This document shows positions 6,810 to 15,337 of a stretch of 41,981 bases of DNA, piece after piece. A model generated the notes under the pieces. It was not told the origin of the DNA, searched no databases, and saw nothing but the letters and a program-made list of their open reading frames with translations. Both the position numbers and the translations under genes were made by a program. The stretch is from IMG/VR virus record IMGVR_UViG_3300029127_000011; one strand, given 5' to 3'. Source of the stretch: a virus. Positions within the stretch are counted from its first letter, which is position 1; each line of letters opens with the position of its first letter.

Positions 6810-7280
6810 CTATCCTAGTTTGTCGAGTAATTGCTTAACCATGCCACGAATGCCGCTTATATCGCCCTCAAGTGCCTTGAAACGCTTTTCCGTTTCCTGC
6901 TTCTCCTTGATTGCCGGGTTCAAAGCTGCAAGAAGTTCCTCGCCCTTGGCTTTCCGCTCCTTGCTTGGCTCGTATGCCTTGATTATCTCATCGGCTTCAT
7001 TTACCAATTTCCCAACTTCGGGCAAAAGGTCTGCCTTGTCAGTTGCCAGTACGATTTCGCCTGCAAAGGTAACTCCGAGGTGTTCGGGTATGGTGTAGAT
7101 GGTCTGCTTTCCCTCCACCTCGATTGTTACGTCTCGCATTGACTGTCCGCTGCTGGAAATGGTTGCGATGCCAGTGTTGATGTGCGGCTGGTTGTCTACG
7201 ACCTTGCCTTCCTTAACTTCCACCGTCTGCTTGTCTAGCAGATAGACCGGGTGATTTCTTTGTATATTCTTAAATTCCAT
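6810..7280 (-). CDS. hypothetical protein (156 aa) with a coiled-coil C-terminus
   Basis: ORF on the same strand as its neighbours. Confidence 0.75.
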   Translation of the reverse strand: MEFKNIQRNHPVYLLDKQTVEVKEGKVVDNQPHINTGIATISSSGQSMRDVTIEVEGKQTIYTIPEHLGVTFAGEIVLATDKADLLPEVGKLVNEADEIIKAYEPSKERKAKGEELLAALNPAIKEKQETEKRFKALEGDISGIRGMVKQLLDKLG

Positions 7281-7311
7281 AATGCGCTCTTTTTAGATAA
7301 TTCGATAAATA

Positions 7312-7351
7312 GACAAAAAGGGGTCTCGCTGGTAACACAGCGAGTTGCCCC
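7312..7351 (-). terminator. rho-independent terminator after the Q/N-rich gene
   Basis: Minus strand reads GGGGcaaCTCGCTG-tgttac-CAGCGAGaCCCC-TTTTTG, about 25 nt after the stop at 7375. Confidence 0.65.
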
Positions 7352-7374
7352 TTGATAGATTTTGTTTAGACCTA

Positions 7375-8202
7375 CTACGCTCCAGTTGTGGTTGTGGTGG
7401 TCTTCAGCTGCTGGATGATGAAACCAGTCTGCTCTCTGCGCTTGCTGTCCTCCAGCTGGATGCGAAGGTCTTGCTCCCAGTGGTTGTTCAGAACATCAAC
7501 GATGCGCTGAGTATTCTCCTTGCCCGAGGTCTTCAAGTCGCAAACGACCGACTGGATAAGGTTGCTGAGACTGCTTGCCGCACGCTCCACACCAGTATTG
7601 GTGTAGGCGAAATTCTGCTGCAAGGTGTTCACGATGTCCTTCTGTCCCAGTTGCTGCTCGTAGCCCATACGGATGATGTTTTGCTGGGTCTGGCAGCAGC
7701 AGTCCTTCAGTGCAATGGTCATCTGCAAGTTACCCTGCGAGATAGCATTGATTACTCGCTCTGCCGAATAACCGACTTGTCCGCTTATCTGCTGGATGCC
7801 TGCCTGAATGCCGCAAACAGAAGCCTGCAATGCGTTGAAGTCGCAGTTCAAGTTAGCCGCCAAGGTCTTCAAGTCTTGGTTGTTGCCCTGGATTGCTCCC
7901 ATCAACAAGTCGCTGTTGTGGTTGTCTGCCATCTGGTTGCGAAGGCTGTCAATCTGAGACTGGATTTCGGCTCTCTGAACGTTTCCGTTCTGTCCGTTCC
8001 AGCCATCACCGTACATGAAGCGGAACATTCCCAACATCATCATGTAGGCGAATGGGTTGTTCCAACCTCCACCCATACCACCGTTCATTGCTGCCAGCAT
8101 AGTCGCTGGATCATTGTCTCTACCTCTAGCGAGCAAGGCTGCTGCTAGGTTGTCATTGCCACTGTCCCCAGTGCAATAAACTTTCTCGATAGTGTCTGCC
8201 AT
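7375..8202 (-). CDS. Q/N/G-rich hypothetical protein (275 aa), apparently monocistronic
   Basis: ORF has low-complexity segments (GGMGGGWNNPF, DCCCQTQQN, terminal TTTTTTGA). It has its own promoter and terminator. Confidence 0.75.
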   Translation of the reverse strand: MADTIEKVYCTGDSGNDNLAAALLARGRDNDPATMLAAMNGGMGGGWNNPFAYMMMLGMFRFMYGDGWNGQNGNVQRAEIQSQIDSLRNQMADNHNSDLLMGAIQGNNQDLKTLAANLNCDFNALQASVCGIQAGIQQISGQVGYSAERVINAISQGNLQMTIALKDCCCQTQQNIIRMGYEQQLGQKDIVNTLQQNFAYTNTGVERAASSLSNLIQSVVCDLKTSGKENTQRIVDVLNNHWEQDLRIQLEDSKRREQTGFIIQQLKTTTTTTGA

Positions 8203-8251
8203 ATAATTTTGAGTTAATTACGTTACGGAAGCCAAATATTGGAATCCGCTG

Positions 8252-8283
8252 CAAAGTTACTCTGATTTTTGGCTCGCTCCAAA
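8252..8283 (-). promoter_or_regulatory. promoter TTTG-N20-TAacTTTG for 7375..8202
   Basis: The plus strand shows caaagtta at 8252-8259 and caaa at 8280-8283. Confidence 0.6.
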
Positions 8284-8350
8284 AAGTTAGTGCAGGGGTA
8301 TTTATCGAATTATTGTCAAAGAACGCTTTTGGTTATTTTCTTTTTGTTTC

Positions 8351-8689
8351 TTAAATACAAATCGGCTCAACGTCCTTGTTTAGAAGGGTCGCTTGTGCCG
8401 TGGCAAGTCGATAAACTCGAGACGTACTGATATAGGTGTAAGACATCTTGCTAAGATGTCTCACTGCTGAAACGGTGCGGTTCAGAACGGTCGCAATGGT
8501 CGTTATGCTGAATCCTGCGTGTATCATCTGCTCAACGACCATACATCTTGCCATTACGAGATTTTCAGCTCTAGACTTGCCGAGAACGTCTTCTCTCGTA
8601 ATACTCAACTCTCCGTTCTGCAGTTCAATAGCACAACACTTGATTACGTTGTCTATAACTCGCCATAGTTCTTTCTCCTTGTCATTCAT
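8351..8689 (-). CDS. DnaA-domain-IV-like HTH protein (112 aa), possible late regulator
   Basis: SRAENLVMARCMVVEQMIHAGFSITTIATVLNRTVSAVRHLSK resembles the DnaA C-terminal DNA-binding fold pattern (R..IV.AR...MYL......S...IG......H.TV.HA). Confidence 0.5.
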   Translation of the reverse strand: MNDKEKELWRVIDNVIKCCAIELQNGELSITREDVLGKSRAENLVMARCMVVEQMIHAGFSITTIATVLNRTVSAVRHLSKMSYTYISTSRVYRLATAQATLLNKDVEPICI

Positions 8690-8700
8690 AATAAAATGTT

Positions 8701-9003
8701 TTAATCGTTGCCCAACATAGAATCAATCATTCCGTCAATGGCTTCATCGGTCATACTCTTCTTAATAGAAGGATCTGCGCCAATTGACTTCATCATCATA
8801 GCTACCCAGGGGTTGTCACTCTCCAGCGTGGATTGTATCTGCTCCTTGTATGCTTCGTGAAGCTCGCCCGATTCCTTGAAATTCAAAAGAACCGTGCGCA
8901 AGGCTTTTACTGCGTAGTTATCCATCAGCAAGGGGTTGTCCCTTGCCGATGATAATTTAGTAAGAAGCACAGCCAGTGCTTCGTGTAATTGTTTCTTCTT
9001 CAT
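8701..9003 (-). CDS. hypothetical protein (100 aa)
   Basis: ORF on the same strand as its neighbours. Confidence 0.65.
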   Translation of the reverse strand: MKKKQLHEALAVLLTKLSSARDNPLLMDNYAVKALRTVLLNFKESGELHEAYKEQIQSTLESDNPWVAMMMKSIGADPSIKKSMTDEAIDGMIDSMLGND

Positions 9004-9082
9004 ATTGTCTTACTTTTAAATTTCTAAAGTCAGCGACTTATAGTTCAAGTTTACCACCACAAGCATATCTTCTTGAGGTTTT

Positions 9083-9107
9083 AGTAACTCCTGCTTTAGG
9101 AGTTACT
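9083..9107. other. perfect 10-bp stem-loop (AGTAACTCCT-gcttt-AGGAGTTACT) in a 160-bp AT-rich gap
   Basis: Perfect inverted repeat. A T-run follows only on the plus strand (GGTTTTG). Confidence 0.6.
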
Positions 9108-9164
9108 GGTTTTGCTCTACCAGTACTTTTTCTCATAATAGTGTATTTTAAAATTATTTTAGTT

Positions 9165-9563
9165 TTACTTGTTTTGAACAAACTCTGCGACAAGAAGACT
9201 AACATTATTAATCTTAATTAAGCGTGCATAGGTATTGTATGCCGTTTCCAAAAACTCAATCCTACTAAGAATTGGACCATTTGATGTTTCTTTCATTTTA
9301 AGCAGAACGCTAATACCAGCCTGGCTGCAATAAGTGCGACATTCTTGCGCTCCTGTAAAGACTACCTCCAGGATGCCTCCTTCCGATGCCTTTTGAAACC
9401 AGTTAAATACGTTGATACGACCTGAACTATTCACGTTAACAATTTGATGATTTGCAACAAATGGAATGTTTGAATTTTGAGAACTTTCAACAATAGCTGT
9501 GCTAAAACTTGCTTTTATTTTCGTCCAAAGCTTCTTTAGTCCACTTTCATCTAAGAAATTCAT
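9165..9563 (-). CDS. short fibre-like protein (132 aa) sharing the N-terminal anchor of the upstream tail fibre
   Basis: MNFLDESGLKKLWTKIKASF compares with MQFLDAIGLAYFWEKIKASF of 9577..10698. The DNA here is visibly AT-richer. Confidence 0.65.
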   Translation of the reverse strand: MNFLDESGLKKLWTKIKASFSTAIVESSQNSNIPFVANHQIVNVNSSGRINVFNWFQKASEGGILEVVFTGAQECRTYCSQAGISVLLKMKETSNGPILSRIEFLETAYNTYARLIKINNVSLLVAEFVQNK

Positions 9564-9576
9564 ATAAACCCCCTTT

Positions 9577-10698
9577 CTAATTTAATGCATCAATTACCGA
9601 TATTGGGATTGCGCTGTCTGCTGTTGCGCCAGTGGCGATGCCGTTCAACTTGGTTTTGAGTGCTGTCGTGAAGTCTTCGGTCGAAAGCCCCTTCCCGCTT
9701 ACCACGTCAACCTTTTTTGCCAGTGCCTTGTTTACGTCTGCCGTCTTAGCATAAGGCGACAAGTCGTAGGTGGTGTTTGTATCAGTCCACGGAACATTAA
9801 CATAAGCCTTACCGCTTCCATCTAGCAGGACGGCATAATTACGACCGCTTGTACCATAACCTATAAGAATACCACCCAACACCGATGCACTGGCAGTAGG
9901 CAGGGTGTAATTGTTTGCACCATCCGCAATGCCATCTAGCTTAGCCTTATCGGAGGATCTCATGAAGCCGTTTTGACCAGGATAAGGTCTTCCCCCAGTA
10001 GTTCTGGGTTCAGCAAGAGGTACATCCACTACTTTCTCACTCCCATCACCTAGTGTATATACAAGATTTCGAGATGCAGTGTTTGAAATTTGAGACCCAT
10101 CGGATTCTACACCTCTGAAAACCACATTTTTTACCGCTTCCGTCTTTTTGGCGTAAGGCGTTAAATCGACCTTCACGGTGTGAGTACCGATTTTTTCCCA
10201 CGCACCATTGGTATAGTAATACTCTTGATACACATCGTTGGCATCGCTTCCGTCCTTAACGATGTATATCTTGTTACTCTCGCCCGATGAAGGAAGGCTG
10301 GTTACCAACTTGAACAAAGATGTATCGAGGTTGCCAAGTTGTGCGAGCGGGATTCTTCCGTTGGCATCAAGTCCACAAATGCCGTTGGCTGCATTAATAG
10401 TCTTGGTAGAGCCATCGGCGATAAGGATCTGCGAAGAAGTTCCGTGTTTTAGGTGTATTTTACTTAATAGCAAATCCCCATATTGAAGACGGGCAACCAT
10501 ATCTGTTTCGTCACCAATATTATTATAAGAGACGAAGCCTGATGGCGTAAGAGTTGTAGTTGCAGAGCCTATATTCTGGACTGACAGTCCATAATTATCG
10601 TCATCCGTATTAATTACACTTTCTCCTTTAGTGCTGACGAACGAAGCTTTAATCTTCTCCCAGAAATAGGCTAAGCCTATTGCGTCTAAAAATTGCAT
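9577..10698 (-). CDS. tail fibre / receptor-binding protein
   Basis: Has the FLDxxGLxxxWxKIK N-terminus and YTLPTASASVLGG...VNVPWTDTNTTY, motifs common in prophage fibre proteins. Confidence 0.7.
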   Translation of the reverse strand: MQFLDAIGLAYFWEKIKASFVSTKGESVINTDDDNYGLSVQNIGSATTTLTPSGFVSYNNIGDETDMVARLQYGDLLLSKIHLKHGTSSQILIADGSTKTINAANGICGLDANGRIPLAQLGNLDTSLFKLVTSLPSSGESNKIYIVKDGSDANDVYQEYYYTNGAWEKIGTHTVKVDLTPYAKKTEAVKNVVFRGVESDGSQISNTASRNLVYTLGDGSEKVVDVPLAEPRTTGGRPYPGQNGFMRSSDKAKLDGIADGANNYTLPTASASVLGGILIGYGTSGRNYAVLLDGSGKAYVNVPWTDTNTTYDLSPYAKTADVNKALAKKVDVVSGKGLSTEDFTTALKTKLNGIATGATADSAIPISVIDALN

Positions 10699-10717
10699 AA
10701 TCTATTGTTTTAAATTG

Positions 10718-11227
10718 TTATTTACTAGTAATATCTGTTATCTGTTCCTCCGTGATTGCTGGAGGGAAGTCCTTCGTCACGATGTCGGTCACTTTGTTTG
10801 CGATATCCTTGTAGATATCCGTGCCGAGTTTTTTTGCTGTCACGCTGCCGTCTCTGATGTTTCCAGTTGATATACAGTCCTCGGTCAGATGGTCGTGTTT
10901 GACCGCTCCCGGTTGTATTTTATCTGAGGTCACACAATTGGATGCTAGGTGTCTGTTCTTTACAGAGCCATCGGCAAGCTTCGCTGCCGTTATCGCCCCA
11001 TCCGCAATTTGCGCTTCCGTTATTGTTATCTTGGCGAGTTCACTCTTGATAATCCTAACGACCGCATCGTTCTCCAGTTTATCGTCCATCATGGCAAGCA
11101 TCCTGCTTAACTCGACAACGATGTCGTAAATTTCCGTGCCGACACGCACCGCTGTGTTTTCTCCAACCTGCGTTGCATCTCGTATCAGCTCTGCCATACG
11201 GAGCATTTTTTGAATATCCTCGTTCAT
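10718..11227 (-). CDS. fibre-associated protein with tandem I/V-x-DG-x-(I/V)T-x-x-KL repeats
   Basis: Repeat tract ADGAITAAKLADGSVKNRHLASNCVTSDKIQPGAVKHDHLTEDCISTGNIRDGSVTAKKL. Confidence 0.6.
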   Translation of the reverse strand: MNEDIQKMLRMAELIRDATQVGENTAVRVGTEIYDIVVELSRMLAMMDDKLENDAVVRIIKSELAKITITEAQIADGAITAAKLADGSVKNRHLASNCVTSDKIQPGAVKHDHLTEDCISTGNIRDGSVTAKKLGTDIYKDIANKVTDIVTKDFPPAITEEQITDITSK

Positions 11228-11240
11228 AACTTATATGCTT

Positions 11241-11819
11241 TTAGTTGCCTATTGCGTGAATGTGTGCCCTTGTTCCTCGCTGTGCCTTCACTTCTCCTTT
11301 CGAGGTGAATGCCTTGAGATACTCGAGAGCATCTGATAAATATCTTTCTGCCATATCCATGATGTCGTTGTACTGCTTGTTGCTTGAAACGTCTTGAACA
11401 TGGTCTGAATAATCGTCTCTGTGGCGCATTCCACCTGCTCGGCTTATAATTGTGCCATCGGCACGAAAAAACCTCGCATACGTGAAGTAAGCGAGTGCCT
11501 TGCGTATTCCGCTTGTGTACTTCTGCACCTTGGTTTCGCCTTGGCTGCAATCGCCCTCCTTCTTGGTGGTGTATTCGCCACCGTCCAGGAAAGTTGCAGG
11601 CTGAAAATCGGGCAAGACTGAATCGCCCCACTCTCCCTGCTCGGTCGCTGCCTTGAACCGCTCATACCCGATGGCTGGTATGATGTTCGCATCTTCGCAT
11701 TCTCGAATGTATGCGTTCACTTCATCCTCATCTAGGTGTGTGCTGGTCGGTCGTGCCAGTTTTCGGAACTGATCAACCGTGATAAGTTGTTTTCTTTGCT
11801 CTCCCATAGGCTCAATCAA
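11241..11819 (-). CDS. head-tail connector-like protein (gp6-like pattern)
   Basis: N-terminus LITVDQFRKLARPTSTHLDEDEVNAYIRECEDANIIPAIG resembles gp6-type connector N-termini. It is adjacent to the putative portal. Confidence 0.45.
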   Translation of the reverse strand: MIEPMGEQRKQLITVDQFRKLARPTSTHLDEDEVNAYIRECEDANIIPAIGYERFKAATEQGEWGDSVLPDFQPATFLDGGEYTTKKEGDCSQGETKVQKYTSGIRKALAYFTYARFFRADGTIISRAGGMRHRDDYSDHVQDVSSNKQYNDIMDMAERYLSDALEYLKAFTSKGEVKAQRGTRAHIHAIGN

Positions 11820-12998
11820 TTAATCTATCGTGTTGTTCCCTGCAACCTCGCTGCTGATATACTTCAACGGCTGTAGCTTTGGGTCTAGGTTCTGAATGGC
11901 TGGGTCGTGCCAATTCTTGAAAATCTTCTTGAAGGCTCGCTCGATGAAACGCTGCTCGGTTGTCACTTCGCCAGCATAGTATTCGTAAGCGTCCTGCATA
12001 ACTTGTCCGCTGAATCCCAGCTTGCCAATACGGATGGAGTAGAAGAGTTCTTGGTGAAACTGGGCATAGATGCGTTCGATAACGCTGCTGTCGGTCACGG
12101 AAAACTCCTTGTCGAAGTTCTTCGTTGGGAAAGCAACAACCTTCGGCTCGTCTTCCTCGTTCTCAACCTCGACCGCAAGAATCTTCGCTGTGTTCTCGTC
12201 CCCTTGGAACTGCAAAAGGTCTTCATCGGAAATCATCTGTCCGCTCTCCACCTCTTCGCCTTTCTCGTTGAACTTAGGCACGCCCTTCTTGGTTACGAGC
12301 ATACACGATACGAGGAAGTTGTTGCGGACGTTTCGCATCTTGACGTTACCCAGTCCCTCATCGGTCGAAATCTCCGTGATGGCAGAATCGTAGCTGGCTG
12401 TCGGATAGATGAACTTTCCGTCTAGGCTCTGCCACAGAATCTGTCCCTTGTAGCTGTCGATGCCGCCAGCGTTCTCAATCTGTTCGAGAACGATGTCCGG
12501 GTCGGGGTTGAAGACGTTGATGCGCTCGATTGTCTTCTCGTTCACCATCAAACGCTTTCCGTTCCTCGTTTTCTTCTGCTCCCAGTCTGGATGCAGCAAG
12601 ACGTGCGCCACGTTCCCTTTGTCGTCCGTCTCTTCAAGGCGGCAATTCTCAAAGGGTACGTGGCTCACGCTCGACACCTGCCCTAGAACGTTGTAGTTTA
12701 CATGAAGGGCAAAGCCTCCAAAGCGTGCGAGGTCTTGCGCTACGTTTCGAAGCAAATCGTCTGCCGTGTCCCCTTGCTGGTTCATCGCTAACGCTGCTAG
12801 AATGTCGCTATCAAAGCCGTAGCCCTCAATGAATCGGGCATATCGGTTAAGGCACAGCATTGCCGTACCGCTGGCTTCCGTAATGCGTGCGAGGTTCTGC
12901 GGATATAGATTATCATATCCGTATGCCTGCATCTTGAATCGGCTGACGTAGCCAATATCAACCCTTCGCTTTGGCTTTTTAACTGTCTTAACGTTCAT
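11820..12998 (-). CDS. putative portal protein (392 aa)
   Basis: Size and composition fit, and it sits in the head module. The call is by resemblance only. Confidence 0.5.
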   Translation of the reverse strand: MNVKTVKKPKRRVDIGYVSRFKMQAYGYDNLYPQNLARITEASGTAMLCLNRYARFIEGYGFDSDILAALAMNQQGDTADDLLRNVAQDLARFGGFALHVNYNVLGQVSSVSHVPFENCRLEETDDKGNVAHVLLHPDWEQKKTRNGKRLMVNEKTIERINVFNPDPDIVLEQIENAGGIDSYKGQILWQSLDGKFIYPTASYDSAITEISTDEGLGNVKMRNVRNNFLVSCMLVTKKGVPKFNEKGEEVESGQMISDEDLLQFQGDENTAKILAVEVENEEDEPKVVAFPTKNFDKEFSVTDSSVIERIYAQFHQELFYSIRIGKLGFSGQVMQDAYEYYAGEVTTEQRFIERAFKKIFKNWHDPAIQNLDPKLQPLKYISSEVAGNNTID

Positions 12999-13025
12999 AC
13001 TGCTTGTGTCGTTTTACTTGTTGTT

Positions 13026-13538
13026 TTACTCTTCTTCCTTGCCTGCTTTCTCGGCTTGGTCGAGGTCTTTTTTCTTTTCGCTGCCTGCTGCTTTTTCGGC
13101 AGGATCTTTCCCGGTGGTATCATCTGCACCGCTGTCGCTGCCTTCTGGCTGCTGCTTGTTCTCGATGAGTTCATCGCTGGGTATCTTCTGAAAGTAGCTC
13201 TCCATGTGTGGGTACTTCGTCAGATATTCGTGCGCTACCTTGTCGGTCAGGTTCTCATTCGTGAAAATCTTACCATGGTAGAAATCCGGGCAGGAAATGA
13301 TGAAACCTGCCTTCATGGCGTAATTACATGTTTTTGGCATTGCCTTTTCTTTTTTGAGTTTTAGATAAATTTCAATCAAAGCATCGTGGTAACACTGCTG
13401 GCAGGTTGTCGGAACAAACCGCTTTCGTGTTACCTCGAAATATAGAGTTTCGATAACTGCCTTGTCGGTTGCATCAAAGGGACTGTCGAAACGTTCCTTC
13501 AACTCCCCGACCTTGGCTGTTGCTTCCTTGTATGTCAT
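13026..13538 (-). CDS. hypothetical virion-module protein (170 aa) with an acidic/K-rich tail
   Basis: ORF in the head module. Confidence 0.7.
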   Translation of the reverse strand: MTYKEATAKVGELKERFDSPFDATDKAVIETLYFEVTRKRFVPTTCQQCYHDALIEIYLKLKKEKAMPKTCNYAMKAGFIISCPDFYHGKIFTNENLTDKVAHEYLTKYPHMESYFQKIPSDELIENKQQPEGSDSGADDTTGKDPAEKAAGSEKKKDLDQAEKAGKEEE

Positions 13539-13541
13539 AGG

Positions 13542-14132
13542 CTACGCTGCTGCTTCCGTCAGAAGGCTCTTATACTTGGCTGCTGTGGTCTCGCTGTCTG
13601 TATCGAAGAAGAAATAAGCTGCCTTCGGTACGCTCTCCTCTTCCAGCGTGATAAGCCAGCCACCCTCGGTGTCGTCTGAGTACTTGTCGTTCTCGCCTGC
13701 GCTTGCCTTCAGTGCCTGCGCATATCCGAACACCTGATACTCTGCATTTCCGTCCGCTCCCTTTGAGAGGTTGCGCAGGATGATAACGAACTTTCCGTTC
13801 GCCAGTCCGTCAATGATATTTGCGCAAACGTCAGGTGTGTTTGCCAATACCACGACTGCTACGGTATTCTTCCAGCTGTTGCGATACGTGCCAACGGTCA
13901 GCTCGGTCTTGGTTCCAGTGAATGGCTTGCTGCCTTCCTGCCGGATAGCGTATGCTTTCTTGCCAGTCTTCAAAACTAATGTTTTAATTATATTGCCCGC
14001 TACAACGGACTTGGTGAAGTCGATGTCGTCTCGGTTGATGATAAGTCCATCGCCCTCCAGTCCCTTTGTTACTTGGTCTTCGCAAGGGACGATGATGTCC
14101 TGGGCGATAAGGCTCTCGCAAGTTGTTGTCAT
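13542..14132 (-). CDS. virion structural protein (196 aa; possible tail tube or head accessory)
   Basis: ORF directly after the capsid gene. Function not resolved. Confidence 0.6.
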   Translation of the reverse strand: MTTTCESLIAQDIIVPCEDQVTKGLEGDGLIINRDDIDFTKSVVAGNIIKTLVLKTGKKAYAIRQEGSKPFTGTKTELTVGTYRNSWKNTVAVVVLANTPDVCANIIDGLANGKFVIILRNLSKGADGNAEYQVFGYAQALKASAGENDKYSDDTEGGWLITLEEESVPKAAYFFFDTDSETTAAKYKSLLTEAAA

Positions 14133-14161
14133 ATTAATTCGTTTTAAAATTGTTATATCCC

Positions 14162-14183
14162 CAACACCGTTTTGTGGGTGTTG
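14162..14183 (-). terminator. post-capsid-gene hairpin (CAACACC/GGTGTTG), possible attenuator
   Basis: 7-bp perfect stem about 45 nt after the capsid stop, with only a weak T-run. Confidence 0.35.
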
Positions 14184-14227
14184 AGGATTGTCAAATAACT
14201 TAATACTAAACTGAAAATTTGGTGCGG

Positions 14228-15304
14228 TTAGTAAGCTGCATGGATCATATCCTCTTCGAGGAGAGCCGTGCCAATCTTACCGGTAACGTAGAGATAGTTC
14301 CTGCGCTCCTTCTTGTCGAACCAGATGTCGAGGTCGCTAATGAGATTGTCTGCGTCTGTACCAATCATAAGGTGCTTAGGGTTGCAGAATACCGCACGGT
14401 GTGGAAGGTTGACTGTCGTTGCGCCCTTCTCGTATGCTTTAATCATTCTGTCCCAAATGCCGACACGTGCAATCTTCACTCCGTTGTAGGTCGCTACTTC
14501 GAAGCCATCGAACAACTTCTCCCATGGCATAATGTCGTGGTAGGTCTTCTTGAGGTCGTAGGTCAATGCGTCAGCAAGCGAGCGTGTCATGAGCAATACG
14601 GCATCGCTGTCGTCAACGATACGTGTGTCTGCATCCATCAAAATGGTGTCTACAAGTGTAGTAGCCGCACCACTCTTGCGCAATGCAGAAATCTGCAATG
14701 CTGCCGTGGTCTCGCTGTTGGCTGCGATGGTGGTATGGTTCTTTGTCGCTGTGGCTGTAAAGATGCGCTTGAACAGACCATCGCAGACGTTGAAATTACT
14801 GACATCTAAGCCTGCCGTCAGCTTGCCGCCACCGCCACCTTCTTCACTTGCCAGTGTTGCTTCCTTGTCGCCAAGCCAGCCGAAACGCCAAATCATCTGC
14901 TGCATGGCTCGCTGGAGTGCATCTGCATAGATTGTCATGAAGTCGGTGCTGATGAGGTCGCCAATGGCTGTACCAGTCTTCAATGAATACTCTGCGATGG
15001 TTCCCTTCAATGCCTCGTAGCAAATCTTGAGAGGGATTTCCCACTGTCCGAGTTCCCAACGCTTCTGAGAGTTGGCGATACCCTTCTCTTCGTAGGTAGG
15101 GTCGCAACCGCCACCCTTCTTACCGACCATTTCCATCTCTCCGAGAAGAGCGATAGGGTCTTTCTCTTTGACCTTCTGAATGTTCACGAATGAAGAGAAG
15201 TCTTCATCGTTGTAGAAGGTTTCCTGCACGGCATCCTTGATGCTTGCGAGGTTTTCTGGCTCGAGTTTAAGGTTCTCGAGTTGCTGTTTTGTAAATCCTG
15301 CCAT
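14228..15304 (-). CDS. putative major capsid protein (358 aa)
   Basis: It lies immediately downstream of the protease/scaffold gene, has the right size, and is followed by a hairpin. Confidence 0.65.
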   Translation of the reverse strand: MAGFTKQQLENLKLEPENLASIKDAVQETFYNDEDFSSFVNIQKVKEKDPIALLGEMEMVGKKGGGCDPTYEEKGIANSQKRWELGQWEIPLKICYEALKGTIAEYSLKTGTAIGDLISTDFMTIYADALQRAMQQMIWRFGWLGDKEATLASEEGGGGGKLTAGLDVSNFNVCDGLFKRIFTATATKNHTTIAANSETTAALQISALRKSGAATTLVDTILMDADTRIVDDSDAVLLMTRSLADALTYDLKKTYHDIMPWEKLFDGFEVATYNGVKIARVGIWDRMIKAYEKGATTVNLPHRAVFCNPKHLMIGTDADNLISDLDIWFDKKERRNYLYVTGKIGTALLEEDMIHAAY

Positions 15305-15337
15305 TATTTTCTTTTGATTTAATGGGTTAATACTTGG

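Noticed and set aside
7345-8148. Long plus-strand ORFs lying antisense inside minus-strand genes. Examples are 7345..8148, 14219..14809, 17379..18065, 26716..27546, 393..1166 (-) inside int, and many shorter ones.
   Set aside because: They are shadow ORFs. Their composition is low-complexity or Leu/Val/Cys-rich, no promoter box precedes them, and each is fully covered by a better gene with recognisable motifs on the other strand.
9083-9107. The perfect hairpin taken as the intrinsic terminator of the minus-strand fibre genes.
   Set aside because: On the minus strand the stem is followed by AAAACC rather than a U-run. The T-run is on the plus strand, where there is no gene, so it is reported only as a stem-loop of unknown role.
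9165-11227. Looked for a diversity-generating retroelement or invertible shufflon around the fibre genes.
   Set aside because: No reverse transcriptase, no template/variable repeat pair and no invertase or flanking inverted repeats were seen. The only shared element is the N-terminal anchor.
11224-11631. 135-aa alternative-frame ORF inside 11241..11819. The similar alternative-frame ORFs 2465..2755, 6485..6769, 14844..15107 and 17746..18159 were also considered.
   Set aside because: These are Arg/Gly/Gln-rich out-of-frame translations of better genes on the same strand, with no independent start context.
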